This document shows, in pieces, positions 1 to 12,375 of a stretch of DNA of 64,000 nt; the first letter of the stretch is position 1; every line of letters begins with the position of its first letter. Made by a program: the position numbers and the translations under genes. A model generated the notes under the pieces. That model saw nothing but the letters and a program-made list of their open reading frames with translations. It ran no database searches and was not told the origin of the DNA. The DNA comes from an uncultured Chloroflexia bacterium (GTDB lineage: Bacteria > Chloroflexota > Anaerolineae > CG2-30-64-16): contig CAVZDU010000008.1 of the NCBI GenBank assembly GCA_963774265.1, forward strand, positions 192,001 through 256,000. The letters are read 5' to 3'.

Positions 1-950
<950 letters not shown>

Positions 951-1165
951 ACGTGTGTCTGACTCCTATAAGGTAACACCCTGCCGCGTGAAGGCAGTTA
1001 CAGGTGCAAAGACCGGTCCCAAAAGACCATAGGATTATAATCCCTATGATTGCTTCGGGGCAACCCCTCCCATAGCCAATGCTTGCGCCTGAACGGGAGT
1101 ATGTGTAGAATCATCGCAGAAACTTAGCCGTCAACCCGTCATTACTCTTACCAAATTCGACGAAT

Positions 1166-1843
1166 ATGGCAGAACACATCCTGGTGATCGAAGACGACCC
1201 GCAAATCGCCGACCTGTTGCGTCGCGGCTTGATCTATGAGGGCTACTCGGTAAAAGTCGCGGGCGATGGCGCGGAAGGTCTTGCAGCCGCGCGCGACCGA
1301 GCACCGGACCTTGTGCTGCTCGACCTTATGTTGCCTGGAATGGACGGCCTCACCGTGTGCCAACGGCTGCGCGCGGCCGGCGACGTGCCGATCCTGATCC
1401 TTACGGCCAAGGACTCTGTGCCCGATCGTGTGCGAGGGTTGGATGCCGGGGCTGACGATTATGTCGTCAAGCCGTTCGCATTCGACGAGTTGCTTGCGCG
1501 TGTGCGCGCGCTGCTGCGCCGTCGCCAGCCCCCCGCCCAGGAGGAGGTTCTGCGCTTTGCAGACTTGACAGTGAACCCCATCACCCACGAGGTGCATCGA
1601 GGCAGCCGCCGTGTCGAGTTGACGGCGCGCGAATTTGAGTTGCTCCACCTGTTTGCGCAGCACCCGCGCCAGGTGATCACACGCGACACCCTCTACGACC
1701 GCATCTGGGGCTACGACTTCGGCGGCGAATCCAACATCATCGAGGTCTACATCCGCTACATCCGCTCCAAACTGGAGGAGGGCGGTGAACCGCGCTTGAT
1801 CCAAACCGTCCGCGGCGTGGGCTACGCGCTGCGAGAAGAGTGA
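1166..1843 (+). CDS. OmpR/MprA-family response regulator
   Basis: Receiver domain (ILVIEDD, LLDLMLP, LTAK, KPF) plus winged helix ending IQTVRGVGY. Confidence 0.95.
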   Translation: MAEHILVIEDDPQIADLLRRGLIYEGYSVKVAGDGAEGLAAARDRAPDLVLLDLMLPGMDGLTVCQRLRAAGDVPILILTAKDSVPDRVRGLDAGADDYVVKPFAFDELLARVRALLRRRQPPAQEEVLRFADLTVNPITHEVHRGSRRVELTAREFELLHLFAQHPRQVITRDTLYDRIWGYDFGGESNIIEVYIRYIRSKLEEGGEPRLIQTVRGVGYALREE

Positions 1844-1844
1844 T

Positions 1845-3266
1845 ATGTCGATTCGCACCCGGCTGACCCTGTGGTACACGGGCCTGCTGGCGCTGACACT
1901 CCTCACCATAGGGATTCTGATCTATTCGCTTGTCGGCCGCATTCTTCTCGTCAACGTGCAAGAACGGCTGGTGGCCCAAGCAGACGATGTCATCGCGGTC
2001 ATCCAGCAAGAAAACGATCCGATGGCCGTCATGCTCTCTGGCCGCGCCCGGCTGCCGTCCATTGACGCGTTCGGCTCACAATACTACGTCCAGATCGTCC
2101 AGCTCGATGGTCGCGCGGTGCAGCTCTCGGAGAACTTGCAGGGTCAGCGCCTGCCTGTCGTCCCATTGATGCTTCAAAATCTCGAAGCCGGCAAGCCACG
2201 ATTCATGACGGTGCAGGCCGGCGATGTCCGGCTCCATGTCGCCAGCCTCCCCATCCCTATCGGTAATCAGCTTGTCGGCGTGGTTGAGGTGGCAAGCCTG
2301 ATGGCGAATGTCGACGACGCGCTCGCGGTCGTCCGGCGCGCTCTGCTGCTGGCCAGTGTGCTCGCACTACTATTTGCGGCCGTAGGTGGGAGCATCCTGG
2401 CCCGCGCGGCGTTGCGACCCATTAAGGCCATTACCGAGACCGCGCAGCAGATCACTGGCACGCGAGATCTCAGCCAGCGGATCGCGGCCGGGGTGCCGAA
2501 CGACGAGGTGAGCCGCCTGACCGCAACCATCAACGACATGCTCGGGCGACTCGAGTCCTCATTCGATGGGCAACAGCGTTTGGTGGCAGACGTCAGCCAC
2601 GAGCTGCGCACCCCACTGACCACTATCCAGGGCAATGTGGATCTCCTGCGCCGCGGCGCAGCCGATGATCCGGCAATGCGCAACGAGGCCCTGGCCGCCA
2701 TCGGCAACGAGACCGCGCGCATGCGCCGGCTGGTGAATGACCTGCTGCTGCTCGCTCAAGCGGATTCCGGACTTCAACTTCATCTTCAGCCGGTTGAACT
2801 CGATACGCTGATTCTCGATGTATACCGCCAGGGCCAGGTCATAGCCCAGAACACGGGTGTGCACTTGCGGCTGGGTGCGGAGGATCAAGCGGTCGTCCTT
2901 GGCGACGCAGACCGTCTGCGCCAGCTGCTGCTAAATCTGGTAGACAATGCAATCAAGTACACACCCGCCGGAGGAGACGTAACGCTCACGCTGAAACGCC
3001 AGGCTGGGTGGGTGCAACTCCGCGTGGAGGACACGGGCGCGGGCATTGCGCCCGAAGACTTGCCGCATATCTTCGACCGTTTCTACCGGGCCGATCGCAG
3101 CCGGACGCGTCCGGGCGGAGCAGGCCTGGGGCTGGCTATCGCCAAATGGGTGGCCGAGGCACACGGTGGTCGACTGGAGGTGGAGAGTCGTCTGGGCGCA
3201 GGCACGGCCTTCATGTTAGATTTACCTGAGCCAACCGGTGATGATGAACTGGAGGTTGACGCATGA
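1845..3266 (+). CDS. HAMP-domain sensor histidine kinase
   Basis: Two TM helices, HAMP, H-box SHELRTPL, N-box NLVDNAIKY, G boxes DTGAG and GAGLGL; adjacent to the regulator. Confidence 0.95.
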   Translation: MSIRTRLTLWYTGLLALTLLTIGILIYSLVGRILLVNVQERLVAQADDVIAVIQQENDPMAVMLSGRARLPSIDAFGSQYYVQIVQLDGRAVQLSENLQGQRLPVVPLMLQNLEAGKPRFMTVQAGDVRLHVASLPIPIGNQLVGVVEVASLMANVDDALAVVRRALLLASVLALLFAAVGGSILARAALRPIKAITETAQQITGTRDLSQRIAAGVPNDEVSRLTATINDMLGRLESSFDGQQRLVADVSHELRTPLTTIQGNVDLLRRGAADDPAMRNEALAAIGNETARMRRLVNDLLLLAQADSGLQLHLQPVELDTLILDVYRQGQVIAQNTGVHLRLGAEDQAVVLGDADRLRQLLLNLVDNAIKYTPAGGDVTLTLKRQAGWVQLRVEDTGAGIAPEDLPHIFDRFYRADRSRTRPGGAGLGLAIAKWVAEAHGGRLEVESRLGAGTAFMLDLPEPTGDDELEVDA

Positions 3267-3790
3267 GCAGCGAGACGAATCAGCCCGCCAGACACAAGCG
3301 TGTGGGCAGGCGACCGCACCCGCTCGCTACCCAGGTCCACAGGATCTTGATTGAACGCGGGCTGACCCTGGCATTTGCCGAGTCTTGCACTGGCGGCCTG
3401 ATCGGCGACCTGATCACCGATATCTCTGGCAGTTCAGCCTATTTCCTTGGCAGCGCGGTGACGTATGCCGACAGCGCTAAACGGAGGGTGGTCGGTGTCC
3501 ACGCGGACACACTGGCCGCACATGGCGCAGTAAGCGCGGAGACTGCCGCGGAGATGGCTCAAGGTGCCCGGCAACTCTATGGCGCAGACATCGCCGCGTC
3601 GGTCACCGGCATTGCAGGGCCGACGGGCGCGACGCCTGGAAAACCCGTCGGGCTGGTCTATATCCACCTGTCTGCTGAGGGCGCCGAATGGGGCGAGCAT
3701 CACCAGTGGGATGCAGATCGCCTCGGCAACAAGGTGCTGTCGGCCGAAGCTGTGTTGCGGCTGGTGTTGCGCTATTTGGCCACGCAGTAA
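3263..3790 (+). CDS. pncC: CinA C-terminal domain protein / NMN deamidase
   Basis: AESCTGG, GSSAYF, GAVSAETAAEMA, TGIAGP motifs. Confidence 0.88.
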   Translation: MSSETNQPARHKRVGRRPHPLATQVHRILIERGLTLAFAESCTGGLIGDLITDISGSSAYFLGSAVTYADSAKRRVVGVHADTLAAHGAVSAETAAEMAQGARQLYGADIAASVTGIAGPTGATPGKPVGLVYIHLSAEGAEWGEHHQWDADRLGNKVLSAEAVLRLVLRYLATQ

Positions 3791-3813
3791 AACCGCGTTG
3801 ACAGGCGCCGCGA

Positions 3814-4902
3814 TCAAGGTTGCTGTATCTCCACCTGTCGCTGCAGTGCCAATTCTCGCCACTTATGTCCATTGGGGGTCAAGACGCCCTTCGGGTCTAC
3901 GAGCATGTTCACGTTAAGGTAGTCGGTAGTCGACCCGGTGCTCAGGAACCAGAACCACGCCTGCACTTGGGGCATACTATCAAATCGCCTGACGTATTCA
4001 TCCATGAACGCAGCTGTCGTGGTGTAGAAGTACGCCGGGGGCGTATGCCAGGCCGACGCCTGCAATAAGCCAAACTCGGTCACCAGAAGAGACGTCGAAT
4101 TGCCCTCCGCCGATCGCGCGGCGGTATACTGATCCACCAGTTTCATGCTTCGGTCGACGACACTCGGAATATCCGGCCGCGGTATGTCATCTGTCCACAC
4201 CACCTCGGGATCACCGGCATCGGGGCCATACTCGTAGTTGCCGTACAGATGAACGCCCCATCCCGCAAGCTCGCGAATGGTTGCGCTGCCCGCATTGTGC
4301 AGAGAAGCAAATTGCCTGACGAACTCCGCGTCCCACTTCTGATCTTCGATCAGGTTGTTGCCGGCGTAGATGGGACCCCGCCAGCGTTGATATGGCCAGT
4401 CGATGCCGCGTGTCATCGTATAGAACATGTTCGCTGCTTCGATCGGGCTGATGTTGGCCTGCTCAACCTTCGCGGGTTCATTCAAAAAGAGTAGCGGCCG
4501 GCCGTCATTGCACGATCCATCGAACAATGCTGCAAGCTTGACATGATCCGTGAAGTGCTTCTGTCCCCAGATCATCGGAATCCCGTGGTGTTCGGGGTAA
4601 TCGCAGTAAGGAGACCAGGCATAATACACGTATTGAGTGATACCGGCGGTGAGAGTGATCGGGGGCACACCGCCGGTACCCGGGCTGACCCACTGCCAGG
4701 GCGTCACGGTCGGCGACGGAGTCGGCGTTCTTGGAGATTCGCGGCTCGGGATCGACGTGGCCGGGCCCTCGGAATCGGGTGAGGATGACGGATTGTGGAG
4801 TGTTGCGGGGGATTGTGGCCGCAATGCAAACAGACCAATCAAGAGCAGGCCGGCCACCACCAGGGTAACGGCCAGACCACGGATGCGCCGGCTTCCGATC
4901 AC
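3814..4902 (-). CDS. Membrane-anchored glycoside hydrolase-like protein (clan GH-A, GH128-like)
   Basis: N-terminal TM, Ser/Pro/Thr linker, IPMIWG, FLNEP, GVHLY and VTEFG motifs typical of a glycosyl hydrolase catalytic core. Confidence 0.6.
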   Translation of the reverse strand: MIGSRRIRGLAVTLVVAGLLLIGLFALRPQSPATLHNPSSSPDSEGPATSIPSRESPRTPTPSPTVTPWQWVSPGTGGVPPITLTAGITQYVYYAWSPYCDYPEHHGIPMIWGQKHFTDHVKLAALFDGSCNDGRPLLFLNEPAKVEQANISPIEAANMFYTMTRGIDWPYQRWRGPIYAGNNLIEDQKWDAEFVRQFASLHNAGSATIRELAGWGVHLYGNYEYGPDAGDPEVVWTDDIPRPDIPSVVDRSMKLVDQYTAARSAEGNSTSLLVTEFGLLQASAWHTPPAYFYTTTAAFMDEYVRRFDSMPQVQAWFWFLSTGSTTDYLNVNMLVDPKGVLTPNGHKWRELALQRQVEIQQP

Positions 4903-4921
4903 CTGAACAAAACCTCCCTAC

Positions 4922-5635
4922 CTAACGAATCAATAGCGGCAGCTCCGTCAACTCCCTTGCCACCAGACACCCCACGCCATTGCTCGTCCCACTCCGGTCA
5001 AGGAGCACGCCCGTCATCCCTAACGCCTCCGCACCGCGCACATCGGCCACCAGGCTGTCTCCGACGTGCAGTGCGCGCGAGGGTTCACAGCCGCCCATTG
5101 CGAGCGCGTGGCGGAATATCTTCGCGTTCGGCTTACTTGCGCCCACACGCGCTGAAGTCACGATGAAGTCCACGTATCGATCCAGGCCAAGCGAAGCGCA
5201 CAATTCGGGCAAATGCCAGCCCCAATTGGAGACGATCCCGAGCAAAGGCACAGCCGCTCGCAACGCCTCCAACGCTGGGATGGCGTCAGGAAACACCGTG
5301 TAGGTGCCGACGTCGGTAAAGCGTCGCCGGCTCTCTGCACTCGCCTCGTCGATGATCGCCGGATCATCGATGCCCAGCAGATGTAGAATACCCGCATCGA
5401 TCGACCGGCTCTCGGCAATGTCTGCAGCCAGGCTCGGCTCCCACACCCGATCCGCATCCGCGGCGTCCCAGGCATCCCAGAACTGCCGCTGTGCCCTGTG
5501 CACTTCATCCAAAGTCATTTCAGGCCGCACTCGTTGGCCCAGGGCCAGCAGCATTCGGTCGACCCCACTATTTAAGTTGACCAAGGTGAAGCCCATGTCC
5601 AGGGTCACCAGATCGTACCGACCATCTCGTCTCAC
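4922..5635 (-). CDS. HAD-superfamily hydrolase
   Basis: LDMGFTL motif I, VSNW, KP, HVGDSLVADV. Confidence 0.88.
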   Translation of the reverse strand: MRRDGRYDLVTLDMGFTLVNLNSGVDRMLLALGQRVRPEMTLDEVHRAQRQFWDAWDAADADRVWEPSLAADIAESRSIDAGILHLLGIDDPAIIDEASAESRRRFTDVGTYTVFPDAIPALEALRAAVPLLGIVSNWGWHLPELCASLGLDRYVDFIVTSARVGASKPNAKIFRHALAMGGCEPSRALHVGDSLVADVRGAEALGMTGVLLDRSGTSNGVGCLVARELTELPLLIR

Positions 5636-8067
5636 TTCGCGACCTTCCGCAGTTTTGCAAAGCCGGCCAGCAGGGCCTTGGTCCCTTTGCCCGCGAACGC
5701 CACGGTAACTTCCTCGTCATCCGCGGTCACTTCTGACTTGAGCACGATGCCTTGGCCAAACAAACCGTGATCCACCCGATCTCCTGGCTTGAATTGTCCT
5801 TCACGCTCAGGCCGCTTCGTGGATTTCGATGGTTGCTCCGGCAACTTCCCGGGCGCCCAAGATGGACTGCCACCGCGATCTCCCGATCGAGAGCTCAGGG
5901 ATGATCCTCGGTCGCCGGGTCGCGTGCGATGGCTGGCCGCGCTCCATGATTCGGCGTCTTCGTCGCCTATGGTGCGATTTCGGTCGCGCGCGTCTCGTCC
6001 CCAGTCTCCGGAGTGCCCGCTTTCTCCCAGACCACTCGGCCGGCTCGGAACCCCGCGCACCACCCCCCCCATCCCCATGACCGTGCCCTGCGCTGCAGCT
6101 ACGTCGCGCAGAAATCGCGACGGCTCGTTGATTTCGCTCCGGCCATATAGCATCCGCCTGAAGGCCCTCACCAGATACAACCGGTCCTTCGCCCGCGTCA
6201 GGCCGACGTACATGAGCCGGCGCTCTTCCTCCATCTGATCCGGGTCCTCCATGCTGCGGCTGTGCGGGAAGATGTTTTCCTCCAAACCCACCAGGAAGAC
6301 GACCTTGAACTCCAATCCTTTAGCAGTATGTACGGTCAACAAAGTGACGCGCTCGTCCTGCTCGACCAGTTCATCCTGGTCTGACACCAGGGCGACCTCC
6401 TCCAGGAAAGCCGTCAGTCGCAGATCAGGCGGGAAATCGTCGTAGTGCGCGGCGACCGAGCGCAGCTCCTGCAGGTTCTCCCAGCGTTCCTCGCCCTCCT
6501 CGGTGCCGTCGCGCAGCCAGGTAGCGTAACCGGACTGCTCCGAGATCTGTTCGAGCAAGGCTGCCACGGTCAGCCCATCCTTGGTATTCAACCAGCCCTT
6601 CAGCATCCGGTAAAACGCGCTCAGCGAGCGCTGGGCCGCGGCGGCGAAGGGATGCTGCGGGGGTCTGCTGTCTGTGCTAAGGTAGACGCCCTGGAGGACG
6701 GAACTGCCCAGGTCGCCCGCCACCAGCGCCAGCCCGCCGGCCATCGAAACGCCCAACTCGGCGCTCCATGAGGCCAGGGTCGACACGGTTTTGTCGCCTA
6801 TGCCGCGCGGGGGCACGTTGATCACGCGCATGAGGCCGACATTATCTGACGGGTTGTGGACCAGCCGCAGGTACGCCAGCGCATCCTTGATCTCTTTGCG
6901 CTGATAGAACCGCGTGCCACCCACAAGCCGATAAGGGATGCCGCGCGCCACGAACGCGTCTTCCAGCGAGCGAGACTGCGCGTTAGTGCGGTACATGACC
7001 GCACAATCGCTCAGACTCGCTTCGCCTGAACTGGCCAGCCGCTGGATAGTGTTGACCACGAACTGCGCCTCGTCAGCCTCGTCGTATGCCTCGTGCATTG
7101 TTGCCTGAGGCCCCTGCCCGCGATTAGTGCGCAGCTGCTTGGGCGTACGCTTGATGTTCCTGGCGATGACGGCGTTGGCTGCGTCAAGGATGCTTTGCGT
7201 GGAGCGGTAATTTTGCTCCAGCAGGATAACCTTGGCCTCAGGAAAGTCCTCGCGAAAGCGCAAGACGTTGCGGTAGTCAGCACCGCGGAAGCCGTAGATA
7301 CTCTGATCTTCATCGCCGACGACAAACAGATTATGCGACTTGCCGGCAAGCGCACACACCATCTCGTATTGCGCCGAATTGGTGTCCTGAAACTCGTCAA
7401 CCAACAGATACTCGTACCGGTCCTGGTAACGCCGCAACACCTCGGGCTGATCCTTAAATAACCAGGTTGTCCTGCAGAGCAAGTCATCGAAATCCAAGGC
7501 GCCGTTGGCCTTCAGAATCTCTTCGTAGCGGGTGTACACCCGCTTGGCGATCTCAGCGTAATAGGTAGCTGCCTCGAACTCAACGGGTTTGATGAGCTCG
7601 TTCTTAGCCTTGGAGATAGCGGAGCGCATGGCCTCTGGCCGGTACATCTTCTCGTCGATCTTGAGATCTTCGAGCGCGCTCCGGATCGCGCTCAACTGCT
7701 CACTATCATCGTATATCACGTAGTTGGGGTTGAGCCCCGCCGGACCTGACTCGGCGCGCAGAATCCGCGCACAGATGGCGTGGAATGTGCCGATGGTCAA
7801 TCCTTTCCAGCCCGAACTGACCGGCACAGCCTCGCCCAACAGCCGATTGACGCGCTCGCGCATCTCGCCCGCGGCCTTGTTCGTGAAGGTCACTGCCATG
7901 ATGGCGCGTGGATGCGCGCCGACGACGCGCAGCAGATAGGCCACGCGGTGCGCCAACACACGCGTCTTCCCCGAGCCCGGGCCGGCCAGCACGAGCACTG
8001 GCCCCCTAACCACCGTCACCGCCTCCCGCTGAGCAGGGTTCAGGCTGGCGAGAATATCATCTTGCAT
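5632..8067 (-). CDS. pcrA: ATP-dependent DNA helicase PcrA/UvrD
   Basis: AGPGSGKT, TFTNKAA, DEFQDTN, VGDEDQSIYGFRGA, TVHTAKGLEF, C-terminal Tudor-like domain. Confidence 0.96.
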   Translation of the reverse strand: MQDDILASLNPAQREAVTVVRGPVLVLAGPGSGKTRVLAHRVAYLLRVVGAHPRAIMAVTFTNKAAGEMRERVNRLLGEAVPVSSGWKGLTIGTFHAICARILRAESGPAGLNPNYVIYDDSEQLSAIRSALEDLKIDEKMYRPEAMRSAISKAKNELIKPVEFEAATYYAEIAKRVYTRYEEILKANGALDFDDLLCRTTWLFKDQPEVLRRYQDRYEYLLVDEFQDTNSAQYEMVCALAGKSHNLFVVGDEDQSIYGFRGADYRNVLRFREDFPEAKVILLEQNYRSTQSILDAANAVIARNIKRTPKQLRTNRGQGPQATMHEAYDEADEAQFVVNTIQRLASSGEASLSDCAVMYRTNAQSRSLEDAFVARGIPYRLVGGTRFYQRKEIKDALAYLRLVHNPSDNVGLMRVINVPPRGIGDKTVSTLASWSAELGVSMAGGLALVAGDLGSSVLQGVYLSTDSRPPQHPFAAAAQRSLSAFYRMLKGWLNTKDGLTVAALLEQISEQSGYATWLRDGTEEGEERWENLQELRSVAAHYDDFPPDLRLTAFLEEVALVSDQDELVEQDERVTLLTVHTAKGLEFKVVFLVGLEENIFPHSRSMEDPDQMEEERRLMYVGLTRAKDRLYLVRAFRRMLYGRSEINEPSRFLRDVAAAQGTVMGMGGVVRGVPSRPSGLGESGHSGDWGRDARDRNRTIGDEDAESWSAASHRTRPGDRGSSLSSRSGDRGGSPSWAPGKLPEQPSKSTKRPEREGQFKPGDRVDHGLFGQGIVLKSEVTADDEEVTVAFAGKGTKALLAGFAKLRKVAK

Positions 8068-8076
8068 GAAAAAACC

Positions 8077-8724
8077 TTATCGCAAACAACAACGGTCCCG
8101 TGTCATAGTTTGACAGGCTTGAGCTACGTCTGTACTTGCCTCGATCCCGGCGCCAGCCAACAGCTCCGCTGCCAATCCAAGCGGCAGCCCCATGACCGCT
8201 GAATAGCATCCTTGCCAGGAAGCCACGGGCGCAAACCGCGGATCCTGGATGCCGTATGCGCCGGCCTTGTCCAGCGGGTCGCTTGTCTCGACATAGGCCT
8301 CTATTTCGGCGTCAGTGTAGGCACGCATGGTGACATCGGTGGCCGACAGACGCGTCTCGACCCCAGCGCTGTGAATCACGCAGACAGCCGTATAGACGAT
8401 GTGAACTCGATCGCGCAGTGCGGAAAGCATCGCCACCGCCTCCAACGCATCGGCGGGTTTGCCAAGCAGCACACCGTCCACGACAACCAACGTGTCTGCT
8501 GCCAGCACGACTTCACCTGGATGACGATCCGCCACTGCCTGTGCCTTAGCAAAGCAGAGCCGGCACACCAGCACCTCCGGCGGCTCCCCGGACCACGGCG
8601 TCTCGTCCACATCCGCCACATCGACGATGAAGTCCAACCCGAGCGTGGCCAGAAGCTCCCTTCGTCGGGGAGACTTGGAGGCCAGGACAAATTGCGGGCT
8701 TTGAGCCCGGTTGCCATCCCTCAC
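8077..8724 (-). CDS. maf: Maf-family nucleotide pyrophosphatase
   Basis: [34 protein letters not shown]. Confidence 0.93.
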   Translation of the reverse strand: MRDGNRAQSPQFVLASKSPRRRELLATLGLDFIVDVADVDETPWSGEPPEVLVCRLCFAKAQAVADRHPGEVVLAADTLVVVDGVLLGKPADALEAVAMLSALRDRVHIVYTAVCVIHSAGVETRLSATDVTMRAYTDAEIEAYVETSDPLDKAGAYGIQDPRFAPVASWQGCYSAVMGLPLGLAAELLAGAGIEASTDVAQACQTMTRDRCCLR

Positions 8725-10610
8725 GCTCGATCCTCGATCACTTCCAATACCTCACACGCCACCTCGTATCGTCCGAAACTCGGCATCAGGTACACCCCCT
8801 GCACCTTGGGCAATTCGCGCAGCTCCAACAGCAACTCCTGCGCCATCTTCACACCTTCCTTACGCCCTTCCGAGCCGGCGCGTTCCATTCTCTGGAGCGC
8901 ACTCTCAGGGATTGTGATGCCCGGCACTTCATTGTGAAGGAAAGACGCGTGACGATGGCTCTGCAAAGGCAAGATGCCGATGAGAACAGGCACGGGGAAG
9001 GGACCGTGCCGCTCCTCATAGAGCTCGAAGAACCGTCTCCACAGCGACGCATCGAAAATCGGCTGCGTCATGGTCAAATGCGCGCCCGCGCTGGCCTTGC
9101 GACGGAAGCGATCGACCTCCCGGACCAGATCCAAGCGCGTGGGATCACTCGCCACCGCGATAGTGAACGACGCGCGTCCCCCGAATGGCTTGCCCGCGCG
9201 ATCCAGCCCTTGATTGAACTGGCTGATGATCTGCGCCAGCCCTATCGAATCAACATCGTAGACCGCGGAGCTGTCGTGTGTATCACCGAGGCTCGGGGGA
9301 TCCCCAGTCAGCGCAATGATGTTGCGAACGCCTAACGCGTGTGCGCCGATAAGATCGGCCTGCAAGCCCATCAGCGACCGATCGCGCGTGGTCAGGTGCA
9401 GGATAGTCTCGATGCCCACCTGCTGCTGAATAAGCACGCACAGGGCCAGCGCACCCATGCGCACGCGCGCCATCGGGCTATCCGCCACATTGACGGCATC
9501 CGCACCATGTTTCTGCGCGACGGCCGCGCCCTCCAGCATCTTTGCAGCGCTAAACCCTCGCGGTGGGTCCACCTCCACGCTCACGACAAACCGGCCTGCG
9601 TGCAGTTTTTTGAGCAGCCCTGTCGGCTCCGGCGCGACCTCATCGCCACCTTCCATACCGGGTGCAGTTACGCGCACCATTGGCAGCGGCACGAGTTCTT
9701 CCGCTCGCCTGGGCTGGCCTCGACCGATGACCTCGTCCAACGCAACGCGCATGGCCTGGATGTGCGCCGGGGTCGTGCCGCAGCACCCGCCCACCAGCGT
9801 CGCGCCCTGCGCCAGGAACTGAGGCACCCGCTCTGCAAAATAAAGCGGAGCTGACGGATAGATCATGCGCTCGCCCGACCGGTAGGGCAGGCCGGCATTG
9901 GGCATGGCCGATAACTTGAGTCCGGTCTCAGCCGCATGCATTTCAGCGATAAAATCGAGCAGGCGCGCTGGCCCCAGCGAGCAGTTGACCCCCGCAACGT
10001 CGACACCAGCAGCAGCAAGCGAGTGTGCCACATCCGCCGGCTTTGCGCCATCACCTGTCACGCCATCATGGCCAAATGTGACCTCTGCCACGATGGGCAG
10101 ATCGGTTGTCTGCCTGCCGACCCGCACGGCGAGGATCAATTCCTGGAGATCGGAGAAAGTCTCCAGAATCAACAGATCCGCACCGGCTTCCCACAAGGCA
10201 GCCATCTGCTCGCCAAACGCAGCCCGGGCCACCTCCACCAGCAGTGCGTTCTCGCGGCGGATGCGCTTGCCTGACGGACCGATCGAGCCGGCAATCCAGA
10301 CGGACCGACCGCTGATCTCACGCGCCTCGCGCGCCAGTTTCACGCCACGGAAATTGATGTCTCGTACGCGACCTTCGAGCCCATAGTCGACCAAACGCGG
10401 TCCGGACGCGCCGAACGTATTGCTTTGGATGATTTCTGCGCCTGCTCGGATATAGGCAAGGTGAATGTCGCGCACCCAATCCGGCTGCTCCAGGTTCAGC
10501 ACGTCCAGGCATTGGTCGAGCCGCGCGCCCTGAGCGTGCAACATGGTGCCCATCGCACCATCGCCTAGCAGCGGACCCTGTGCGAGACGGGCCAGAAAGG
10601 GATGATCCAT
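8721..10610 (-). CDS. yitJ: Bifunctional homocysteine S-methyltransferase / methylenetetrahydrofolate reductase
   Basis: Start ATG at 10610 after AGGAG; [29 protein letters not shown], then MTHFR domain VEVDPP, ALTGDP, TQPIF; the longer ORF-track extension overlaps a real plus-strand gene. Confidence 0.92.
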   Translation of the reverse strand: MDHPFLARLAQGPLLGDGAMGTMLHAQGARLDQCLDVLNLEQPDWVRDIHLAYIRAGAEIIQSNTFGASGPRLVDYGLEGRVRDINFRGVKLAREAREISGRSVWIAGSIGPSGKRIRRENALLVEVARAAFGEQMAALWEAGADLLILETFSDLQELILAVRVGRQTTDLPIVAEVTFGHDGVTGDGAKPADVAHSLAAAGVDVAGVNCSLGPARLLDFIAEMHAAETGLKLSAMPNAGLPYRSGERMIYPSAPLYFAERVPQFLAQGATLVGGCCGTTPAHIQAMRVALDEVIGRGQPRRAEELVPLPMVRVTAPGMEGGDEVAPEPTGLLKKLHAGRFVVSVEVDPPRGFSAAKMLEGAAVAQKHGADAVNVADSPMARVRMGALALCVLIQQQVGIETILHLTTRDRSLMGLQADLIGAHALGVRNIIALTGDPPSLGDTHDSSAVYDVDSIGLAQIISQFNQGLDRAGKPFGGRASFTIAVASDPTRLDLVREVDRFRRKASAGAHLTMTQPIFDASLWRRFFELYEERHGPFPVPVLIGILPLQSHRHASFLHNEVPGITIPESALQRMERAGSEGRKEGVKMAQELLLELRELPKVQGVYLMPSFGRYEVACEVLEVIEDRA

Positions 10611-10632
10611 GCAGTCTCCTATTGGTCCGGCG

Positions 10633-10690
10633 ATTATAGCATCTGGCTTGCGCCGCGCCAATTGCCACCCCCCATGAAGGGTGCTATAAT
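10633..10690. promoter_or_regulatory. Back-to-back divergent sigma70-type promoters
   Basis: Plus strand TTGCCA(10662)-N17-TATAAT(10685); minus strand TTGGCG(10661)-N17-TATAAT(10638); both have an extended TGn. Confidence 0.75.
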
Positions 10691-10742
10691 CGCAGCGCAC
10701 TGCTTCTCTACCGGCCGTCATCATTTCGCCCCGGAGGTTGCC

Positions 10743-12041
10743 ATGAGTCGACGAGGGACGCGCCTGCTGGCATGGTTGGTGGTCCTTGCATTGAGCCTGA
10801 CCTTCGCTGCCTTGAACGCCGCCTCGACGCCAGCTGCAGCCCAATCCGCCACTCCGGCAGCCAATACCGCTCCCGCAACCGGCGCAACACCTGAGGCAAC
10901 CGCAGGCACACCGGGTACGCCGACGCCAACCCGAACCCCAACGCTTACGCCTACCCCGACTGCAACTCTCACAGAGCTGCAGGCGCAAATCGTGCTGGCA
11001 CAGACCTTCCTGGACGGGAAGGACTATGAGAGCGCCGCGGACCTCTTTGCTGAAATCCTGGCTGACAACCGCGGTAACCCGGAAGCGCTGGCAGGATTGA
11101 AGGCGGCGTTGGATGGCCAGGCAGCTCACATGGCCACAATGATTGCGCCGCTGCCAACTGAGGCGCCAACGGCTGCACCTGAAGCTGTAGCCCCGACCCT
11201 GGCAGAGACGACGCGCGCGAAAGTGCTCGATATCAGCGGCACGGTGCTGGCCGCGCTGGCGGCCGTGGTGTTGCTCTACTTTGCGGCAGCCTTGCTGCGG
11301 TGGCTCTTGGCTGCGCTGCGCGAGCTTTGGTACACACGCATTCTCCCGTTGCTTAACCGCCCCGCCGTGCCGCCTGGCTTTCTGATCGGCGAGTTCAACA
11401 ATTTGGTTGGTGCCGATGCCGAGGGTGCAGCACGTGTTGTGCCGCTGGCCATGACCGAAAAGCTGATCGCATGGAACCGGCTCGTTCAGGACAAACAAGT
11501 GCCCGTTGAGATGGCGCCGGCCCTGGACCTGGGCCCCATGGCGTGGATCAAAGTGCTGTGGAGTTGGATCTTGCCGCCCGCGCGCGGCTACCGCGTCACC
11601 GGCACCCTGCTGAATGGATCGGCCGGCGCGTTCCAGTTGGCCGTGCAACGCACCGACCTGGGGCACAACATCGTCGATCGCAGCACGATCTTCGAGCGAC
11701 GCTCCCCGTCTTCCGAGGAGGCTTTTCGGCTGATGGCGGGAGAAGCAGCCAAATGGCTGGTTAAGCCGGCCGACATGGAGGCTGACAAAGCGGTGGCGGC
11801 AGCCAAGCGTGCGGTGGGCGATGGCACAGCCCTATCAACGAGCGAGGTCTTCGACCAGGCGCTCGATCTGCTTTCGCCCGTGCGACAGCAGATCAATCAA
11901 GGATTGGTCGATTACGCTGACGCGCGCCAACGCTTGCGCCAGGCCGAAGCAATGGTTGCACAGTTGCCCAGCGCCTCAGAACTACGCGCTGAGTTGACGA
12001 AGGTGATTGGGAGCCTGCGCAAATCAGTTCCTGGGGGTTGA
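10743..12041 (+). CDS. Hypothetical membrane protein with signal peptide, Thr/Pro linker and TPR-like repeat
   Basis: ATG at 10743 after GGAGG; signal-like N-terminus, TP repeats, TPR-like [17 protein letters not shown]...NPEA, internal TM. Confidence 0.7.
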   Translation: MSRRGTRLLAWLVVLALSLTFAALNAASTPAAAQSATPAANTAPATGATPEATAGTPGTPTPTRTPTLTPTPTATLTELQAQIVLAQTFLDGKDYESAADLFAEILADNRGNPEALAGLKAALDGQAAHMATMIAPLPTEAPTAAPEAVAPTLAETTRAKVLDISGTVLAALAAVVLLYFAAALLRWLLAALRELWYTRILPLLNRPAVPPGFLIGEFNNLVGADAEGAARVVPLAMTEKLIAWNRLVQDKQVPVEMAPALDLGPMAWIKVLWSWILPPARGYRVTGTLLNGSAGAFQLAVQRTDLGHNIVDRSTIFERRSPSSEEAFRLMAGEAAKWLVKPADMEADKAVAAAKRAVGDGTALSTSEVFDQALDLLSPVRQQINQGLVDYADARQRLRQAEAMVAQLPSASELRAELTKVIGSLRKSVPGG

Positions 12042-12065
12042 CAGCGCAGGCGAGACTGCTATAAT
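12038..12065 (+). promoter_or_regulatory. Consensus sigma70 promoter of the T-box/valS transcript
   Basis: TTGACA(12038)-N16-TATAAT(12060) with extended TG. Confidence 0.8.
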
Positions 12066-12074
12066 AACACCATA

Positions 12075-12355
12075 AAAGACGCTGAACCGGAGGAGTAGGC
12101 CGTGGCGGTTTGCACCGCCGTGCCGTCGCCAGAGAGTGGGGGTCACCGGGTGGAAGCCCCCAACCGATGTGAGCGAGGCCGAAAGTCGCCGGGGAGTCGG
12201 GTCGCTGAATTGCGGCTGAGCCGCTTGTAGGCAGCCACGGGTGAGCCCGTTACAGCACAGAGTGGGCAGTGAAAGCGGCTGCGTGCGGTCGTCCATTGCC
12301 AACCAAGGTGGCACCGCGGAGACCTTCCGTCCTTGAGACGGAGGGTCTTTTTATT
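12075..12355 (+). ncRNA. T-box riboswitch (Val specifier GUC)
   Basis: AGTA and AGAGA elements, GAAA-GTC specifier at 12185-12187, T-box AAGGTGGCACCGCG at 12305-12318, terminator AGACCTTCCGTC/GACGGAGGGTCT plus T run, directly upstream of valS. Confidence 0.92.
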
Positions 12356-12375
12356 GCGATACTGAAGGAGGACTT

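Noticed and set aside
10611-11666. 981-aa version of the yitJ ORF
   Set aside because: The extension is antisense to the gene at 10743-12041; RBS, promoter and homology begin at 10610
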